Origin: Chiloscyllium plagiosum
Lineage: Eukaryota
NCBI RefSeq assembly: GCF_004010195.1
Contig: NC_057734.1
Span: 45,085,605 to 45,149,604, forward strand
Direction: 5' to 3'
DNA: 64,000 bases
Part shown: positions 23,762 to 38,094 of the stretch, one piece after another
Layout: every line of letters begins with the position of its first letter
Position numbering within the stretch: the stretch's first letter is position 1
The notes under the pieces: generated by a model
What the model was told of the DNA's origin: nothing
The model's input: only the letters and a program-made list of their open reading frames with translations
Databases searched by the model: none
Program-made: the position numbers and the translations under genes

Positions 23762-26409
23762 GATAGAATATTGTATGTCTGTTTTTCCCTGTTAGATTTC
23801 CAGAATTCCACCGAGAAGGCATCTCCCACGTAGGAATAAGTCTATTTATGTGTTACTGGGTTAGGTAAACAATACAGATTATACTGCTGACTTGAACAGT
23901 AATTAAAATTATGATAAATGCACCAACACTGAAATCACAGTAAAGCTATCTGAGTTTTGAATGGAACTCAAATTGATCGATTTGTTTACAATTGAGCAGC
24001 CGCAACCCAGTCTTGAAACCACAAGCACCTCAAGGATTCACATTTGACTTTTCAATATCCTGAATGTCTTATCAAGTCAGCAACTATGATCTGTGTATTG
24101 CAACGTAGCAACAGCACCCTCTGTCCTAACTCTTAAAAGCAGAACTCTGAAGTTTCAACCTTAAGCTACAGACCACTGACTGCATCACACATACCTCTTG
24201 TGGATGGCAACCCTTCTGCAATCCTGAGTTCTCAACACCTTATGGTGTGACAACCTCCTGGAATGTATGATCCAAGAAATACATCCTTCACAAAGCTCCA
24301 TTGTGACTCCAGCTGCCCCTCAAGCTCAGAAACACTGAATTCAGTAATAGACATTCTCTATGCACATTTGGGGTTCCCAAGACACATGCAATATCTTGAC
24401 TTCCAATGTGATGCAGTAATTACAAACAGTAGGTCTTATCTACTCATCAGAGTCTTAAAAAAGCATGGTTTTTCTTTGTACAATCTAGTTGTACCTTATT
24501 TAATCTTAACTTTAATGATTCTAGATGTGTTGAGTGTTACTGCTCATATGATTAATTTATTTGCCATGATTGAAGTTTTTAGTTTCTTGGCTCCTAGTTG
24601 AGATAATGAGAAATATTTACCAAGTAATCACTTGGATCACTGTGATGTTACACTTTGATTTTTCTTTTAATCCAACTGCCTGATACAATCTGCTTGGAAT
24701 CAATGTACTCTTTATCATACTCCTTCATCACTGCCCCTGGGTATCGGTCAGCTCTTGCTCCTGGCTTTGCCTTGTTATGCTCTGTCTTGCCCTGTTTTCA
24801 CTTAGCGCGTGCGTGCTCTCCCTCTCTCTCTCCCTCTCTCTCGCTCTTCCCCCCAGTGCTGCTTTCTCTGGCACCATTATTATCTTCCCACTCCGCTCGT
24901 ACTGCTGGAGTAAATTGAGACACTGTACTCAGAACGGACTTCAGGAGCATTATTTGCTTTCTGCGTACAGTCTTGTGTGGGTATATTTCTTGTGTGGGCA
25001 GCATCACACTACATGAAGCTAAATTATCTGAATACAATATCTGTCTGTTGGTACTGCTGATTTCTAATCAGGGAGATTATGGAAGAAAAATAATGGAGAG
25101 AATGGGATATTGCTAGTGACAATACTTCGGTGGGTGGATTGGTGAGGGTGTTTGGATGATCATCATTTCTCCCCCCGATGGCTAAGGCACTCGCAGAGAA
25201 AAGGACAGAAGTAAGAGTATGCCCAGGCTATGACCCATGGGCTGTCCTATAAATAAGACCCATTAGGGGACACTGGACAAACTGTCAACCCTTTTAAGCG
25301 AGGTCTAATCTTCCTCAGATTTGAGAATTAAAGTCAGGCGAGATAGCGATTGATAACTTGATCACTGTAATGTGCTATATTGTAAAGTGGAATTGACTGG
25401 ATAACTTTTTTTGTTGAATAAGCTCTAAATATTCCATGGCGGCTTTGGCAGGGTTCAGGCTCTTGGGCCTGTCTGCTGCAGGCAGCCACTTCCTCCCTTC
25501 TTTCCTTACCCTTTTTGTTATCTTTCATTTTTGTTTTCCTTTTACTTTGCCGTCTTCCTGTTGGCGGTGACATCACAGAGGGGAGCAGCTGGAGTGGGAC
25601 TCTTCGCAAGGTGGCAGCCTGGCCTGGCAGCAAAGCCTGAGACTTATGGTTGCAGTAGGCCCCCCGGAGTAGAGATTCCTGATTATCAGCGAGGAGGCAG
25701 CTGAAGCGGGGCTCGGGTCTCCTGGTTGCAGTTGGCCTGAAGTAGGGACTCCTGGTTATCAGCATGGCAACGGCAGCAGCTCCTGGTTGTGGTAGGCCTA
25801 GAGCCAGGGTAGCCTGGTTGTTCGTGAGGCAGCAGCGGCAACAGACTGGGGCTGATGGGTCCTTGTTGTGGGGCATGTGTGGGTCTTGCACGTGAGTCAA
25901 CATCAGTGGGGTGGGCCCAGCGATGAAGAGATGACGCCTGAAGAGTGGTGATTCTGTTGGTGGGTCTGGCCCGGATGCCATTGGTCAGCCAGCTTACGAC
26001 TCATGGTGGAGGTAGCGGAGTGAAGATGGAGTTCCTTTCCGCTTTATCTTTTTACTCGTGAAGTATTCGAATGGTGCCACATTGTGGCGACAGTTGAAGC
26101 TATTCACTATATTTTACCTTCTTGTTCATTGTAGCGTGCCAGTGACAGTAAATCAAATCATAAAGTTGTGATGTAAATGGTATTGATCCTGACAGAAATA
26201 CCTTGCATTTTTGAAAAGGTTGGTCTTTCCAATATTGAGTGAAATATCACTCTGTATCTGTAGTTAAAGAAGGGTTTACTGGAGCAGGTTTGAGGGCCTG
26301 AATAGCCTCCTTTTTCTGTGCCCCTAAGTTGTTTGAACTCCATGTAAATCGCATTCAGCTTCACATTTCCAAAGTGACATGCCCTATTATAGTTCTCTTA
26401 ATTTGTTTC

Positions 26410-28300
26410 AGTGATGTAAATGTCGCAAGCTCAGCATTTATTGCCCATCTCTAATTGGTAAGCCACCATCTTGTTCAGCTGCAGTTACACTTAGAGAGGA
26501 TGTTCCAGGAATTTGACCCAGCGAAGGAGCAGCGACAGGTGACTTGGAGGGAAATTTGCAGGTGGTGATTGTCTCATGTCTACTGCTGTCGTCCTTCGAA
26601 GTGGTAGAGGCATGGATTCAGAAGACACTGTCAAGGGAGCCTTGGTGCGGTGCTGCAGTCCTCCTTGTGGATGATCCAGACTGCAGCCAGGGTGGAGTGG
26701 GTGGGGGGGATTTGATGTTTAAAGTGATGGATGCCATGTACTTTGCCTCAGATTGGTACTGAGTTTCTTGAGCGTTGCTGGATTTACACTCATCCCTGGC
26801 AAATGGGGAGTATTCCATTAGTCTCCTTCCTTGAGATTTGTAGATGTTGGACATTGGTTTGGGGGTGAATTACTTGCAGAAGAATTGCTCGTGCAGTCGG
26901 TGAGTCCAGTAAAGTTTACTATTCATGGTAACCCCAGGATGCTGCTGGTAAAGCAATTCAGCAATGGCTGTCAATTGAGTGTCATGGGGACCTGGATGGA
27001 TTCTCCCTTGTTCGAGTTAGTTATTGCTTGGTGCATGTGTAATGCAAGTATAATTTTACATTTATCAACCTACGCCCGAGTGTTACCAAGGGCTTGCTAT
27101 TAGGCATTATGGTTGCTTCAGTATCGGAAGTGACAGTCTTGAAGATTGTGATGGTCAGTGATCTTATGCTTTTATTATTCAATTGTGGGACATGTGTGTT
27201 GCTGGCTGGGCTAGTTTTAATTTGCTTGTCCCGAGTTGCCGTTGAGAAAGTGTTGGTGAGTTCCCTTTTGAACTGCTGTAGTCTGTGCTGTAGGTAGATC
27301 CACAATGGTGTTAGGGAGGAAATTCCAAGATTTTGAAGGAACTGAACAGCACTGAAGGAATGGTGATATATTTCCAAGTCAGGATGATGAATGGCTTGGA
27401 GGGGAACTTGTAGGTGGTGGTGCTCCAATGTGTCTGTGGTCCTTGTCCTTCTAGATGGAAGTGGTTGTGAGTTTGAAAGGTGCTGTCTAAAGATGTTTGG
27501 TTGATTTCTGAAGTGCATCATCGATAGCACACACTACTGCTACTGAGCATCGGTGGTGGAAGGAATGGATGTTTCTGGATGGAGCAATCTCGTGGGCTGC
27601 TTTGGATTGGATGGTGGCAAGCTTCTTGAGTGTTATTGGAGCTGCAGTCACCCCAGTAAGTGGGGAGTATTCTATCACAGTCCTGACTTGTGCCTTTTAA
27701 GTGGTGGACAGATATTGGGAAATCAGAAAGTGGGTTATTCGCAGCAGTATTTCTAGCCTCTGACCTGCTCTTATAGCTGCTGTATTTATACGGAGTCCAG
27801 TTGAACCTTTGGTCAATGATGTTGATAGTGGGGGATTCATTGATAACATTGTTGAATGTCAAGGGCAGTGGTTAAATTGTCTCTTATTGGCAATTCTCAT
27901 TGTTGGAGGGAAGATTACTAAAAAAGCAGGTAGAAATGCATGGGCCTGGAACATAAGTGTGAGAAATCCTTGCAGGCTGTTTGTAGACTGAAATAACTGA
28001 TCTTGAACAACTACTTTCCTTTCTTTGAGGTAAGCCTCCAACTGGTGAAGATTGCCCCAGTTCCCACTGACTTCGCGTTTGCTAGATATCATTACTTCTG
28101 TGCTTGGTAAATGCTGCCTTGATGTGTTGGGGAGTCATTATCACACCTCATGAATTTAGCACTGTTGGCCATATTGGGATCAAAGCTTTGATGGGAGGTA
28201 GAGAGTAGTGACCCCGACATTCTCACTGAGTATCAGTGAGCAAATTGTTATTGAATCAGTACCTCTTGATAGCGCCATTTCTCTTTACTTTGCTGAGAAC
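26410..28300 (-). mobile_element. Old CR1/L2-superfamily LINE fragments (at least two overlapping copies)
   Basis: IYKSQGRRLMEYSPF and MIEYSPLTGVTAAPITLKKLATIQSKAA fragments. Two 3' tails at ~26430 and ~27170-27240. Confidence 0.7.
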
Positions 28301-28610
28301 CTCCATGAACTACATAAGCAAAATTGTTGCCACAGTCTGAGGACCATAGAGCAGCTGTTTGATGAGAGAGAGAGAGAGAGAGAGAGGACTGATGGTGGTT
28401 TAACATGAGAGTCACCACGCATCAGGCAAGGAGAGAGGTCAAGAAGACAGGACCTTCGTGGGTGACCTCAGCCAGTAAGAGAAAGTCAGTTCAATTTCTC
28501 TCATTTGGGAAGTGTTTTTTTTAAAGTTGGCTTCTGTCCCTTATTTCCCTCACTTGCACAAACCTGAAAGTGGACCTGAATGTTGGCAGTGGAGCATCTT
28601 GACACGTTTC

Positions 28611-28626
28611 CCACCAGAGGGCAGCA
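28611..28626 (+). promoter_or_regulatory. Candidate CTCF site
   Basis: CCACCAGAGGGCAGCA, a close match to the CTCF core consensus, in unique intergenic sequence. Confidence 0.55.
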
Positions 28627-29560
28627 GTAGCCAACATATCATTGCAAGACCGCAGCTATCTGGTGTGGCAGAGATGTAGATTTCAGTTCCTCAGCAATCA
28701 AGCCAAGAGTAAATTTCAGTTTACAGTACATTAAACTTCTGACTGTATGCTTCTTTATCTCAGGGATGGAATCAGTTTTTTCTGTTTAAAAAAAAAAGGC
28801 GCTCATCCACAAAGCTTTAATCCCAAATTACTGCAATCCAGGTTAGACACAGATGAAAGTTCCCTCGCAATGTCAACCTTTCCACCCTTTTGCTTACCAG
28901 TTTCCCCCCATGCTGTTTCCAAGACTATCTTCCTCCAACCCATGCTAAGATTCCACTTGCCTTGTCCACTTTGGAGTCACTTTCACATTTGAACTTCACA
29001 TTGTAACGGAAACAACATTTTCCAATCGCAACCATTGGAATGAAGGTGGCCTTTTTAATAAGCGTCAAGATGGAAGTTACTAAGTCATTAGGAAAGGTGT
29101 CTTGTTAAAAGATTCACTAAGATTGTCTTATTATTATTCACCTGCAACTCCACATCATCCTATTTTACCAAGCCTCAAGTTTCCAGCCAGTAGTACCTTA
29201 TGTCACAATGTTATTCTTTCCTGTCAGATGATGTTGCAGTGAAGTTCCTCAGCATGTTTTACTACATTATAAAGGTGGTGAGTATTAAAATGTTAGTATT
29301 TTCACTGATGGCAACATGCTTTCTAGTCTTCGTCAAATATAATATAAACACTTAAAAGGTGGAGATCTCACCACCTCTGCTGAAGTTTAGAATGGTTCAT
29401 CATTTGTCTGATCAGTTAAACATTGATATTGAATCTTCAAAAAAAGGGGCATCTTATTACTTAGACAGTCTTCCATTCTCTTGATTAGTTACTAGCACAT
29501 ACTGGGAAGAATTCTACAAGGTTCCATTTTTTGTATTTTACAAACAAAGGTTGTGTTTAC

Positions 29561-29772
29561 AGGAGTCAAAAAGTGTCGTGCTGGAAAGCACAGAGCCGGT
29601 CAGGCAGCATCCGAGGAGCAAAGGAGTCGAAGTTTTGAGCATGAGCTCTTCTGATGAAGAGTATATGCATGATATCTCGACTCTCCTGCTCCTCGGATGC
29701 TGCCTGACCAGCTGTACTTTCCCAACACCACACCTTTTGACTCTGATCTCCAACATCTGCAGTCCTCACATT
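29561..29772. mobile_element. Palindromic Penelope-derived element
   Basis: GAGTCAAAAAGTGT...CAGGCAGCATCCGAGGAGCA followed by its reverse complement. A decayed CTGATGAAGAG core lies at the centre. Confidence 0.75.
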
Positions 29773-30351
29773 TTCCTTGTGTTTGCAGAAACCTGGTGAG
29801 GAAAAAGTACAAAGAATTTGTTGCTTTCTCCTTTTAAACAGATCAATTTGCCTATTTTGGTGCATTACCATCTCACCATACTTTAGCTTAACATTTTATT
29901 TCTAAGAATAATGTCTTTGTTCATATTAAAGCATTTTTAAGGTTGATTGTATTTTTTTTAATAGCCTGGAAAATTAGGGGGCAATGTTTATAAAAAGACA
30001 CCTCTACATTCAAAGGAAACCCTTTTTTTAAAGAGAACATGGCTTGTAAGTTTAATAAAATGAAAGCACCCAAGCCCTTTACAGACCTTTTTCATTTTTA
30101 AATTCAGTTCTCAGTTTCCATTTCTCCTCACCTTTTCAAACACCATATAATAGATTTTGGATGGGGAGATCGTCAATGCAATAAGTGATTAACTTTTGAT
30201 TGAAAAGTTTAAGAATGGTTTTGTTGAAAAGGACAAATGGACTACTACGTGGTAAAAATCTTTTCTAGCATTAGATAGAATCAGTATTGGCAGCCCCAAG
30301 GTAATCCTTTATGTGAGCTTCTATTTTACAAATGCCTATTCTATTGTGGTC

Positions 30352-30545
30352 ATAATTTGGAGATGCCAGTGTTGGACTGGGGTGTGCAAAGCTAAAAATC
30401 ACACAACACCAGGTTCTTGTCCAACAGGTTTAATCGGAAGCACACTAGCTTTCGGAGCACCTGATGAAGGAGCGTCGCTACGAAAGCTAGTGTGCTTCCA
30501 ATTAAACCTGTTGGACTATAACCTGGTGTTGTGTGTTTTAACTTT
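30352..30545. mobile_element. Palindromic Penelope-derived element with a hammerhead at 30458-30492
   Basis: Arms ACACAACACCAGG...CTAGCTTTCG and CGAAAGCTAG...CCTGGTGTTGTGTG. Core CAC-CTGATGA-A-GGAGCG-T-CGCTAC-GAAA-GC-TA-GTG. Confidence 0.8.
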
Positions 30546-31289
30546 ATTCTATTGTAGTCTCTATTGTTTTGCATTGTTGCTTACTGGAAAAATTAGATTA
30601 TTAATTATACTGACTATTAACTCATTGCTAACCATGTAAGCGATTCTCACTGTTGAATTTACCTCAAATTTTCAATCTTTAGAAATCCTTTGAAGGACAG
30701 TAAATCAGTTTTGAAAATTTCATTCAGATTTATGCATTTGGTGAAGTCACCAAAAAAAATTGCATTTAATCATGGAGCACACCCATACTATCACGAATGT
30801 GACATCTTCTCATTGCCCATTCAATTTGTGAAGCCTGGGGATAGTTCAGATTTTTAAATGTCGGATTCAGAGAAACATTTTTTTTTGCCACTGACCAAAA
30901 CAAAAATTGAGTTTATGGTAGGAATTAATATTTTTTAAAAAAATTTCATTCCTAACCATTTTACAAAAAAAAATCTGATTAAATAGGTTTAACCTGTACC
31001 TATTAGTCTCTCATGGTTTATACTTTTTTCCCTCTGAGCTTTGCAGCTCTTTTTGTTCTCCTAAATCATGTTCTCCAGGGCATTTATGGTCTGTAATAGA
31101 GCCTTGATTATTTGTGAATTTTTAATCAATTTTAACACTGCGGAACAATACAAGATTTACCTTGGGAAATTTAATATGCTGATTACTGTACAGGCTAAAA
31201 ACTTGGGGAGAAGTGTGTTAAAGGCTGAACTCTGTCCTTCTTCACTGTCTTATTCCCTGATATAGTTCCCACATCCTATTTTTCCTTTT

Positions 31290-32130
31290 AGTCTCAAAGT
31301 CATAGAGATGTACAGCACGGAAACAGACCCTTCGGTCCAACTCATCCATGCTGACCAGATATCTCAACCCAATCTAGTCCCACCAGCCAGCACTTGGCCC
31401 ATATCCCTCCAAACCCTTCCTATTCATATACCCACCCAGATGCCTTTTAAATGTGGCAATTGTACTAGCCTCCACCACATCCTCTGGCAGCTCATTCCAT
31501 ACACACACCACCCTCAATGAAAATGTTGCCTCTTAGATCTCTTTTATATCTTTCCCCTCTCACCCTAAACCTATGCCCTCTAGTTCTGGACTCCCCCCAC
31601 CCCAGGCAAAATATTTTGTCTATTTATCCTATCCATGCCCTCATGATTTTATAAACCTCTATAAGGTCATCCCCTCAGCCTCCAACGCTGCAGGGAAAAC
31701 AGCTCCAGCCTGTTCAGCCTCTCCCTACAGCTCAAATCCTCTAGCCCTGGCAACATCCTTGGTAAATCTTTTCTGAACCTTTTCAAGTTTTTGCAACATC
31801 ATTCCGATATGAAGGAGACCAGAATTGCATTCAATATTCCAGCTGTGGCCTAACCAATATCCTGTATGGCCGCAACAAGACCTCCCAACTCCTGTACTCA
31901 ATAATCTGACCAATAAAGGAAAGCATACCAAACGCCGCCTCTACTATCCTATCTACCTGTGACTCCACTTTCAAAAGCTATGAACCTGCACTCCAAGGTC
32001 TCTTTGTTCAGCAACACTCCCTCAGACTTTACCATTAAGTGTATAAGTCCTGCTAAGATTTGCTTTCCCAAAATGCAGCACCTCACGTTTCTCTAAATTA
32101 AACTCCATCTGCCACTTCTCAGCCCATTTC
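31290..32130 (-). mobile_element. CR1 LINE 3' end
   Basis: Reverse complement of the same 3' region as ~45860-46695, including the CATCTCTATGACT tail. Confidence 0.9.
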
Positions 32131-32929
32131 AAAAGAAGAATTTTCCATTCTCATGAACAGTCATCTCGTCTCAAATTTTGGATTTGCAGTTAACAGATAT
32201 TTTCATCCTCCATTCTCCCGCATCTCAGTTATGTTAGCTAAGCCTTGTGTAAAGTTTCAATTGGGCTACAAGTCTGCATTTTGGACATAACAAGGATGCA
32301 TGACTCTAAGTATTTTAAGAAAATTTTTATGAAATGATCATTGAACAATCATTAGCAGAAGGAAAGCAAGTTCAATTATCTTAAAGGAAAAGAAACACTT
32401 TTCTAAGATAAGGGAAGGAAGATATTATTAAAAGTTTTCTTTGGTGTACCTCACCGAGTGTGAATAACATTGCACTGACATGGGTTCGCCAATCAGTCAC
32501 TCTATCAATTTCTTTACAAAGTAGATTAGTCCACTTCAACTGAAAATTTGATCCTGTGTCCTTTTAAATCCAATTTCTGGTTCCATTTCAGCCTTCTAAG
32601 GCCTCAATCCAGACATTCCAAATGAGAGCCTGATAAACAAGGTCACATACTACTGAACTGGACATATATCAGCATTTGTTCATCATTGTTGAGTCAAAAT
32701 CCTGGAACTTCCTATATAATAGAACCATAAGAGTACATTTCATACACAGCCTTTAGCAGTTAAAGTTGGCAACAAATCGCCACATTCCCAAAGATATTTC
32801 AGTGTAAGCAATAAATGTGTGCATTGCCCCAGCACCCAAACCATCTGAATGAATGAAAAATTAAGATCTCGGCTGAGAATCTCAAGCTGACTTCCATTCT
32901 TTGCCTTATCGCACTTAGACAATCAAGTA

Positions 32930-35670
32930 TAATATCCCTATGTTCAATTCTTCTCATAATAAAGGATAGCATTCCATTTGTCTTTATAATCACTAGCCAT
33001 ACCTGCATACTAAATTTTTGTGACTCATGCATCTGAACACCTAACTCTCTCTCTACCTCTGAATTCTGTAGTTTACCGTTTAAATAATAGTTTGGTTAGT
33101 TATTCTTCCAACATAGTTACCATATTTTATGCTGTCTGCTGGATATTTTCTCACTTAGTCAACCTCGTGATCAGGCTGAGTCTGCAATATGTCACCTTCA
33201 TAATGTACTTTTCGACCTGTCTTTGTAGCATTTGCAAATTTGGCCACCATGTCTTTGATCCTCTTAACTATGTCATTGGTAAGCATTGTAAAAAGTCGAG
33301 AGTCCAGTACAGACCCACTTTGCCAATTAGAAAAAGACCCATTTATGCATATCCTTTGTTTTCTACCAGCCAGCCAATCCTCTATCCACAGTGGTATCTT
33401 ACTGCTTATACCATGAGCTGTTACTTTGCAAAATGAGCTTTTTTGTAGAACCTTGTCAAATACCTCCTGAAAATTCACGTACTGTGTATCAATGCACTTC
33501 CCTTTTATACAGCATGTAATTCTTTGAAAGAATAGCAATAAATTGGAGAACCACAGTTTGGTGGCATGATGCTAAGTGGTTGGCACTGCTGCATCACAGC
33601 GCCAAGGACCTGGATTTGATTCTACCCTCAGGTGAGCATCACTGTGGAGTTTGTACATTCTCACTGTCCAAAAACGTGCAGGTTAGGTTGATTGACTATG
33701 CTAAATTGCCTGTAGTGTCCAGGGATGTGTAGGTTAGGTGGATTAGCCATGAAGAATGCAGGGTATGGGGATATGGTAGGGGGTGAGTCTGGGTGGACTC
33801 AATGGGCCAAATGGCCTTCTTCCACATTGTAGGGATTCTATTTAGATGGATTTCCCTTACAGAAAACATGTAAATTTTGGAACATTAGCACCAATGATTC
33901 TACTTATTCAGGAGCTACTGTTATTAAGATCCGAGGATGATGTCCATTGGGGTCATCAGCAAGACATATTTCAATAAGGAAAAAGGATTGTAGGAGGGTG
34001 TTAAGCCAACCATGGTTTACCAGGGAGGTTCAGGATCAGATTGAAAGTAAAATTGTACAATGTGGTAAATATTAATAGTAAGCCAGAGGATTGGGAAAGT
34101 TTGTAAAAACAACTAAAAATTACTTTAAAAAAGGATAAAATAAACTGTTGAGAGTAAATCTGCAAGGAATATCAAGATGGATGGCAAGACCTTCTTTAAA
34201 TATGGAGAAAGAAGCAAGGAGCCAATGTGAACATGGGCCAGTTAGAGAATAAGGCTGTTGAAATAGTCATGGTGAAGGAAGATATGACAGAGTAGTTGAA
34301 CAAATACTTGCTCAGTCTTCATAGTAGAAGACAATAATGATATTTCAAAATTACTAAATATTCAAAGGAGGAGAAGAAATAAAATAACAGTCACTCAAGA
34401 AAAAATGCTAGGGAAACTAATGAGGCTAAAGGCTGTTAAGTCCACTGGAACTGATGGAATGCATTCTAGGATAATAAGAAAGAATTTATATACTGATAGT
34501 AATCTTGCAGGGATCCTTAGATTTTGGAAAAGACCCAGAGGGTTGGAAAACTGCCAATGTAACACCTTTATTTAAAAATATAAGGGGACAAAATAATAGG
34601 TAACTATAGGCCACTTAGCTTAATATTTGTGATTGGGAAAATACTAAAATCTGTTAAAAAGAGTGCAATAGCAGAGCATTTAGAAATACACAATGTGACC
34701 AAGGACAGACAGTATTAAAGGGAAACATATCTGAAAACTTTCTAGAATCCTTTGAGGAAGTAACAAACAGGATAAAGGAGAAACAATGGATAGAATATAT
34801 TTTGATTTACAGAAGGCAGGTAATGAACTTTTGGCTACTTCATAAGCTAAGAGTCCTTGGTGTTTGAGGTATTACAACAGCATGGATAGAAGATTGACTG
34901 ACCAATAAAACACAAAGTTAGGATAAGGGGGCATTTTCAGGATGGCAACTTGAAACTTGTGTGTGGCACAAAACTCAGTGCTTGGCCGCAATTATTTATA
35001 ATATTTGAAAGAGGAAAGTAAATAATCTTTAGCCAAGTTTGCAGATGGTACAAAAATAGGTGGGGAGCCAAGTGGTGAAGATAACAGAGTCTGCAAAGTA
35101 TTATAGATGTTAATTAAGTGTGTGAAATTGATAGATTGAATATCATGTGAGGAAGTGTAGTATGTGGCAAGAAGAACAAAAAAGGTGAATACTATTGAAA
35201 TGGAGAAAGACTGCAGAAAGCTATTGAACAGATGCATTTCATAGAATCCATAAAGTGTCCAAACAGGACATTTGGCCCAACGAGTCCACACCAAACCTCC
35301 AAAAAGTATCCCACTCAGACCCATCCCCCTACCCTATTATTCTACATTTGCCATGACTAATGTACCTAACCTACACATCCCTGAATACTATGGGTAATTT
35401 AGCATAGCCAAATCACCTAACATACACATCTTTTGACTGTGGGAGGAAAACAGAGCACCCAGAGGAAGCCCACACACAGTGAGAATGTGCAAATGGACAC
35501 AGTCACCCGAGTCTGGAATTGATCGACCCTTCTTCTCCCCCTCCCTGGTGCTGTGAGGCAGCAGCACTAACCACTGAGCCACCCTTAAATTTGGTAATCC
35601 TCATCCATGAATCACAAGAAGTTAACATCCAGGTTCAGTGAGTTATAAAGAAGGCAAATAAAATGTTTTA
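32930..35670. mobile_element. Decayed CR1 ORF2 fragments (- 32930-33545; + 33960-35240 and 35590-35670) with HE1 SINEs at ~33560-33841 (+) and ~35241-35586 (-)
   Basis: WIEDWLAGRKQRICINGSFSNW, AKFADGTKIGG and NYRPLSL motifs, plus recognisable HE1 head and tail sequences. Confidence 0.75.
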
Positions 35671-36520
35671 AAACAAACATAGAGAATGCAAAATAAACAC
35701 AGTAGGTTTGGCAGCATCTGTGGAGGCAGAAACAGATTCAATATTTTATGTCTGGTTTGACTGTTCTTCAGAATTCAATTCTACACTGTCCAAGGCCACA
35801 AACACACCTACTACGTGAAGCAACATTTCATTTGTACTTTGTTCAATCCAGTCTATTGCATTCGCTGCTCACAATGTGGTTTCCTTTACATTGGCAAGAA
35901 CAAACACAGACTGCATGACAGTTTTGCAGAAGATCTCCATTCTGTCTGTAAGATTGACCCTGAACTCTCAGTTGCTTGTCACTTCAATAAACCACCTTTC
36001 TCTCACTAACATTTCTATCCTGGGCCTGCTAAAATATTCCAATGAAGCACAACACAAGCTTGAAGAACAGCACCTCATTTTCCACTTAGGTACTTTACAG
36101 ACTTAGGGTCACAATATTCAGTTCAATAAGTTCAGAAGCTAATCACATTATGTCTGTTCTCCATTTTTCTTACATTCTCTCGCTCCTCCTCCTCAGCCAT
36201 GTCATATTTATGTCTTGTTTACTTTGCATTTAGGAGCGAGGACTAACCTTCTCCATTTCACATCTTAATTTACACCCATTTAACAAACCCTTTGTCCTTT
36301 GCGCTAGATTTCTGTAACACTTGCCCTCTGCTCCTCCCTGCCTGTCAAAAGTATAAACAAGAACCTATTTTCCAACACTTTTCAGTTCTAAGAAGAGTGA
36401 TATCAGACTTGAAATATTTGCCTGTTTCTCTCTCCACAGATGCTTCCAGACCTCCTGAGTTTCTCCAGCATTCTGTGTTTGTTTCAGATTTCCAGCATCC
36501 ACAGTATACAGTATTGCTTT
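35670..36520 (+). mobile_element. Penelope-like retroelement remnant (GIY-YIG endonuclease C-terminus) between inverted termini
   Basis: VYCIRCSQCGFLYIGKNKHRL..VACHFN and ILGLL...KLEEQHLIFHLGTLQ. Flanked by GGCAGCATCTGTGGAG / CTCCACAGATGCTTCC. Confidence 0.85.
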
Positions 36521-37536
36521 TATGCAAATAGAGTGTTGTCCCTTGTTTTACAGGGGATGGACTATAAAAGAAAGGGGGTAGATGGAGTTGCTAAAAATAT
36601 ACAAGGTACTAGTCAGGCTGCAGCTGGAATTCTGTGGCAAAATATGGCAGGACAGCTCAGCCATGTGGATTACCCATCCTGCAGCACACGGAGAGTCATA
36701 GACACTTCACATTACGTAGATGAGGAGAAGTGCAGACTATGTTACCAGCTTCAAAATCTGAGGTCTGGTTTCAGACCTTGAGCTGTTCCTGAAGTCACTA
36801 TTGCACATTTTAGAGGCAGAGAATAACATGAATAACATGTGGTCACACCACAGAATAGGGACATGCAGGCAGATAACGAATGAGTGAACACCAGGCAGTC
36901 CAAGAGAAGCTGATAAATATTACAGGTGTCTCCTGAGTTTATTTTGCTTGGCAAACAGATTTCCGTGAAGATGTAGTTCCTCAGAGGAATACAGCAATGA
37001 CCAAGTCCACGGCCCTACAGGCATCTCAACTACACAGGAATAAAGGGAGCAGAGTGGAAAAGACTTAGTGATAGAGAATTTGTTACTTCACGAGCAACAG
37101 GCAGTCTGCAAGGTGAATCTAGGGCGATATCTTGCTCTCGATGGTCAAGGATGTCACAGAGTGGCTCCAGAGTATTTTTCTGGGGAAGGTATTTATGCAG
37201 AGGCTTTGGTGCACATTGGTACCAATTGCATAGGTAGGAAGATGTATGCAGATCTGCAGTCAGAATTTAGGGTCTCTGGTGGAATAATTGCAATAATTAT
37301 CTTAAATATAGTCATGGTCAGATTATTCCCAATGCCACATCTAAGTGAGAACAGAAATGGGAAAATAAAGCAGATGAATGAATGGCTGAAAAGACACGGC
37401 AACAGGGAAGGCTTCAGATTCCTGGGGCTGACTCTGGGGGAGTTGCCACCTTTTCAAGCCAGACAGATTACACTGAAACAGAGCCAGAACAGCATTCCAT
37501 GCTGGTGTTTTGAGAGTGCTGTTGGTTTGGTTGAAC

Positions 37537-38094
37537 TGTTATAGACCAGGCCAGACTCCCTCAAAATATTTTAAGAAGGTAGCCTAGATCCTAACTTTTT
37601 CTTATTTTAAAGGCAGATGTGGGTGGTCAAACAACTTGAGTTTAAGCAAAACAGAAGTTTTGAAATACTACAATTGAAATATAAACAAAAGAAAATGGAA
37701 TTTAGAATAACTTAAACTGTTAGAAAACTTAACTGACCTGATACAGCAACTTAACAAAGGAACTGTTCCAATCCAGTAACATCCCATAAACACACCCCTG
37801 GCAAAAGGTAAATTCAAAAACAGATTCTTACAGGCAGGAGGTAACAACATCCATTGAAATTTCAGAGAAAATGGCAGTCGGGGAACATCTGCTGAAGCTG
37901 CAACCTTCCTGGACTCCAGAATCCTGTGACTGCTATAGCTAAATCAAACTAGAAAAAACTTAAATTAGGGAACTGGCCACTCCCCTGCTATTGTTAAACT
38001 AGGCCCTTTTTAGACCCCTTTGCACCCCTGCCCTATGACCTCTCAAAAAAAACCCAAGGAACAATTACCTTGTTAAAATGACAGCATTGTCACA
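37537..38094. mobile_element. Solo LTR
   Basis: TGTTAT...GTCACA ends with GAAC/AAAC 4-bp flanks. Homologous along its length to 38271-38810. Confidence 0.75.

Noticed and set aside
25334-25981. 215-aa minus-strand ORF
   Set aside because: No recognisable domain or splice structure; explained by GC-rich, probably repeat-derived sequence.
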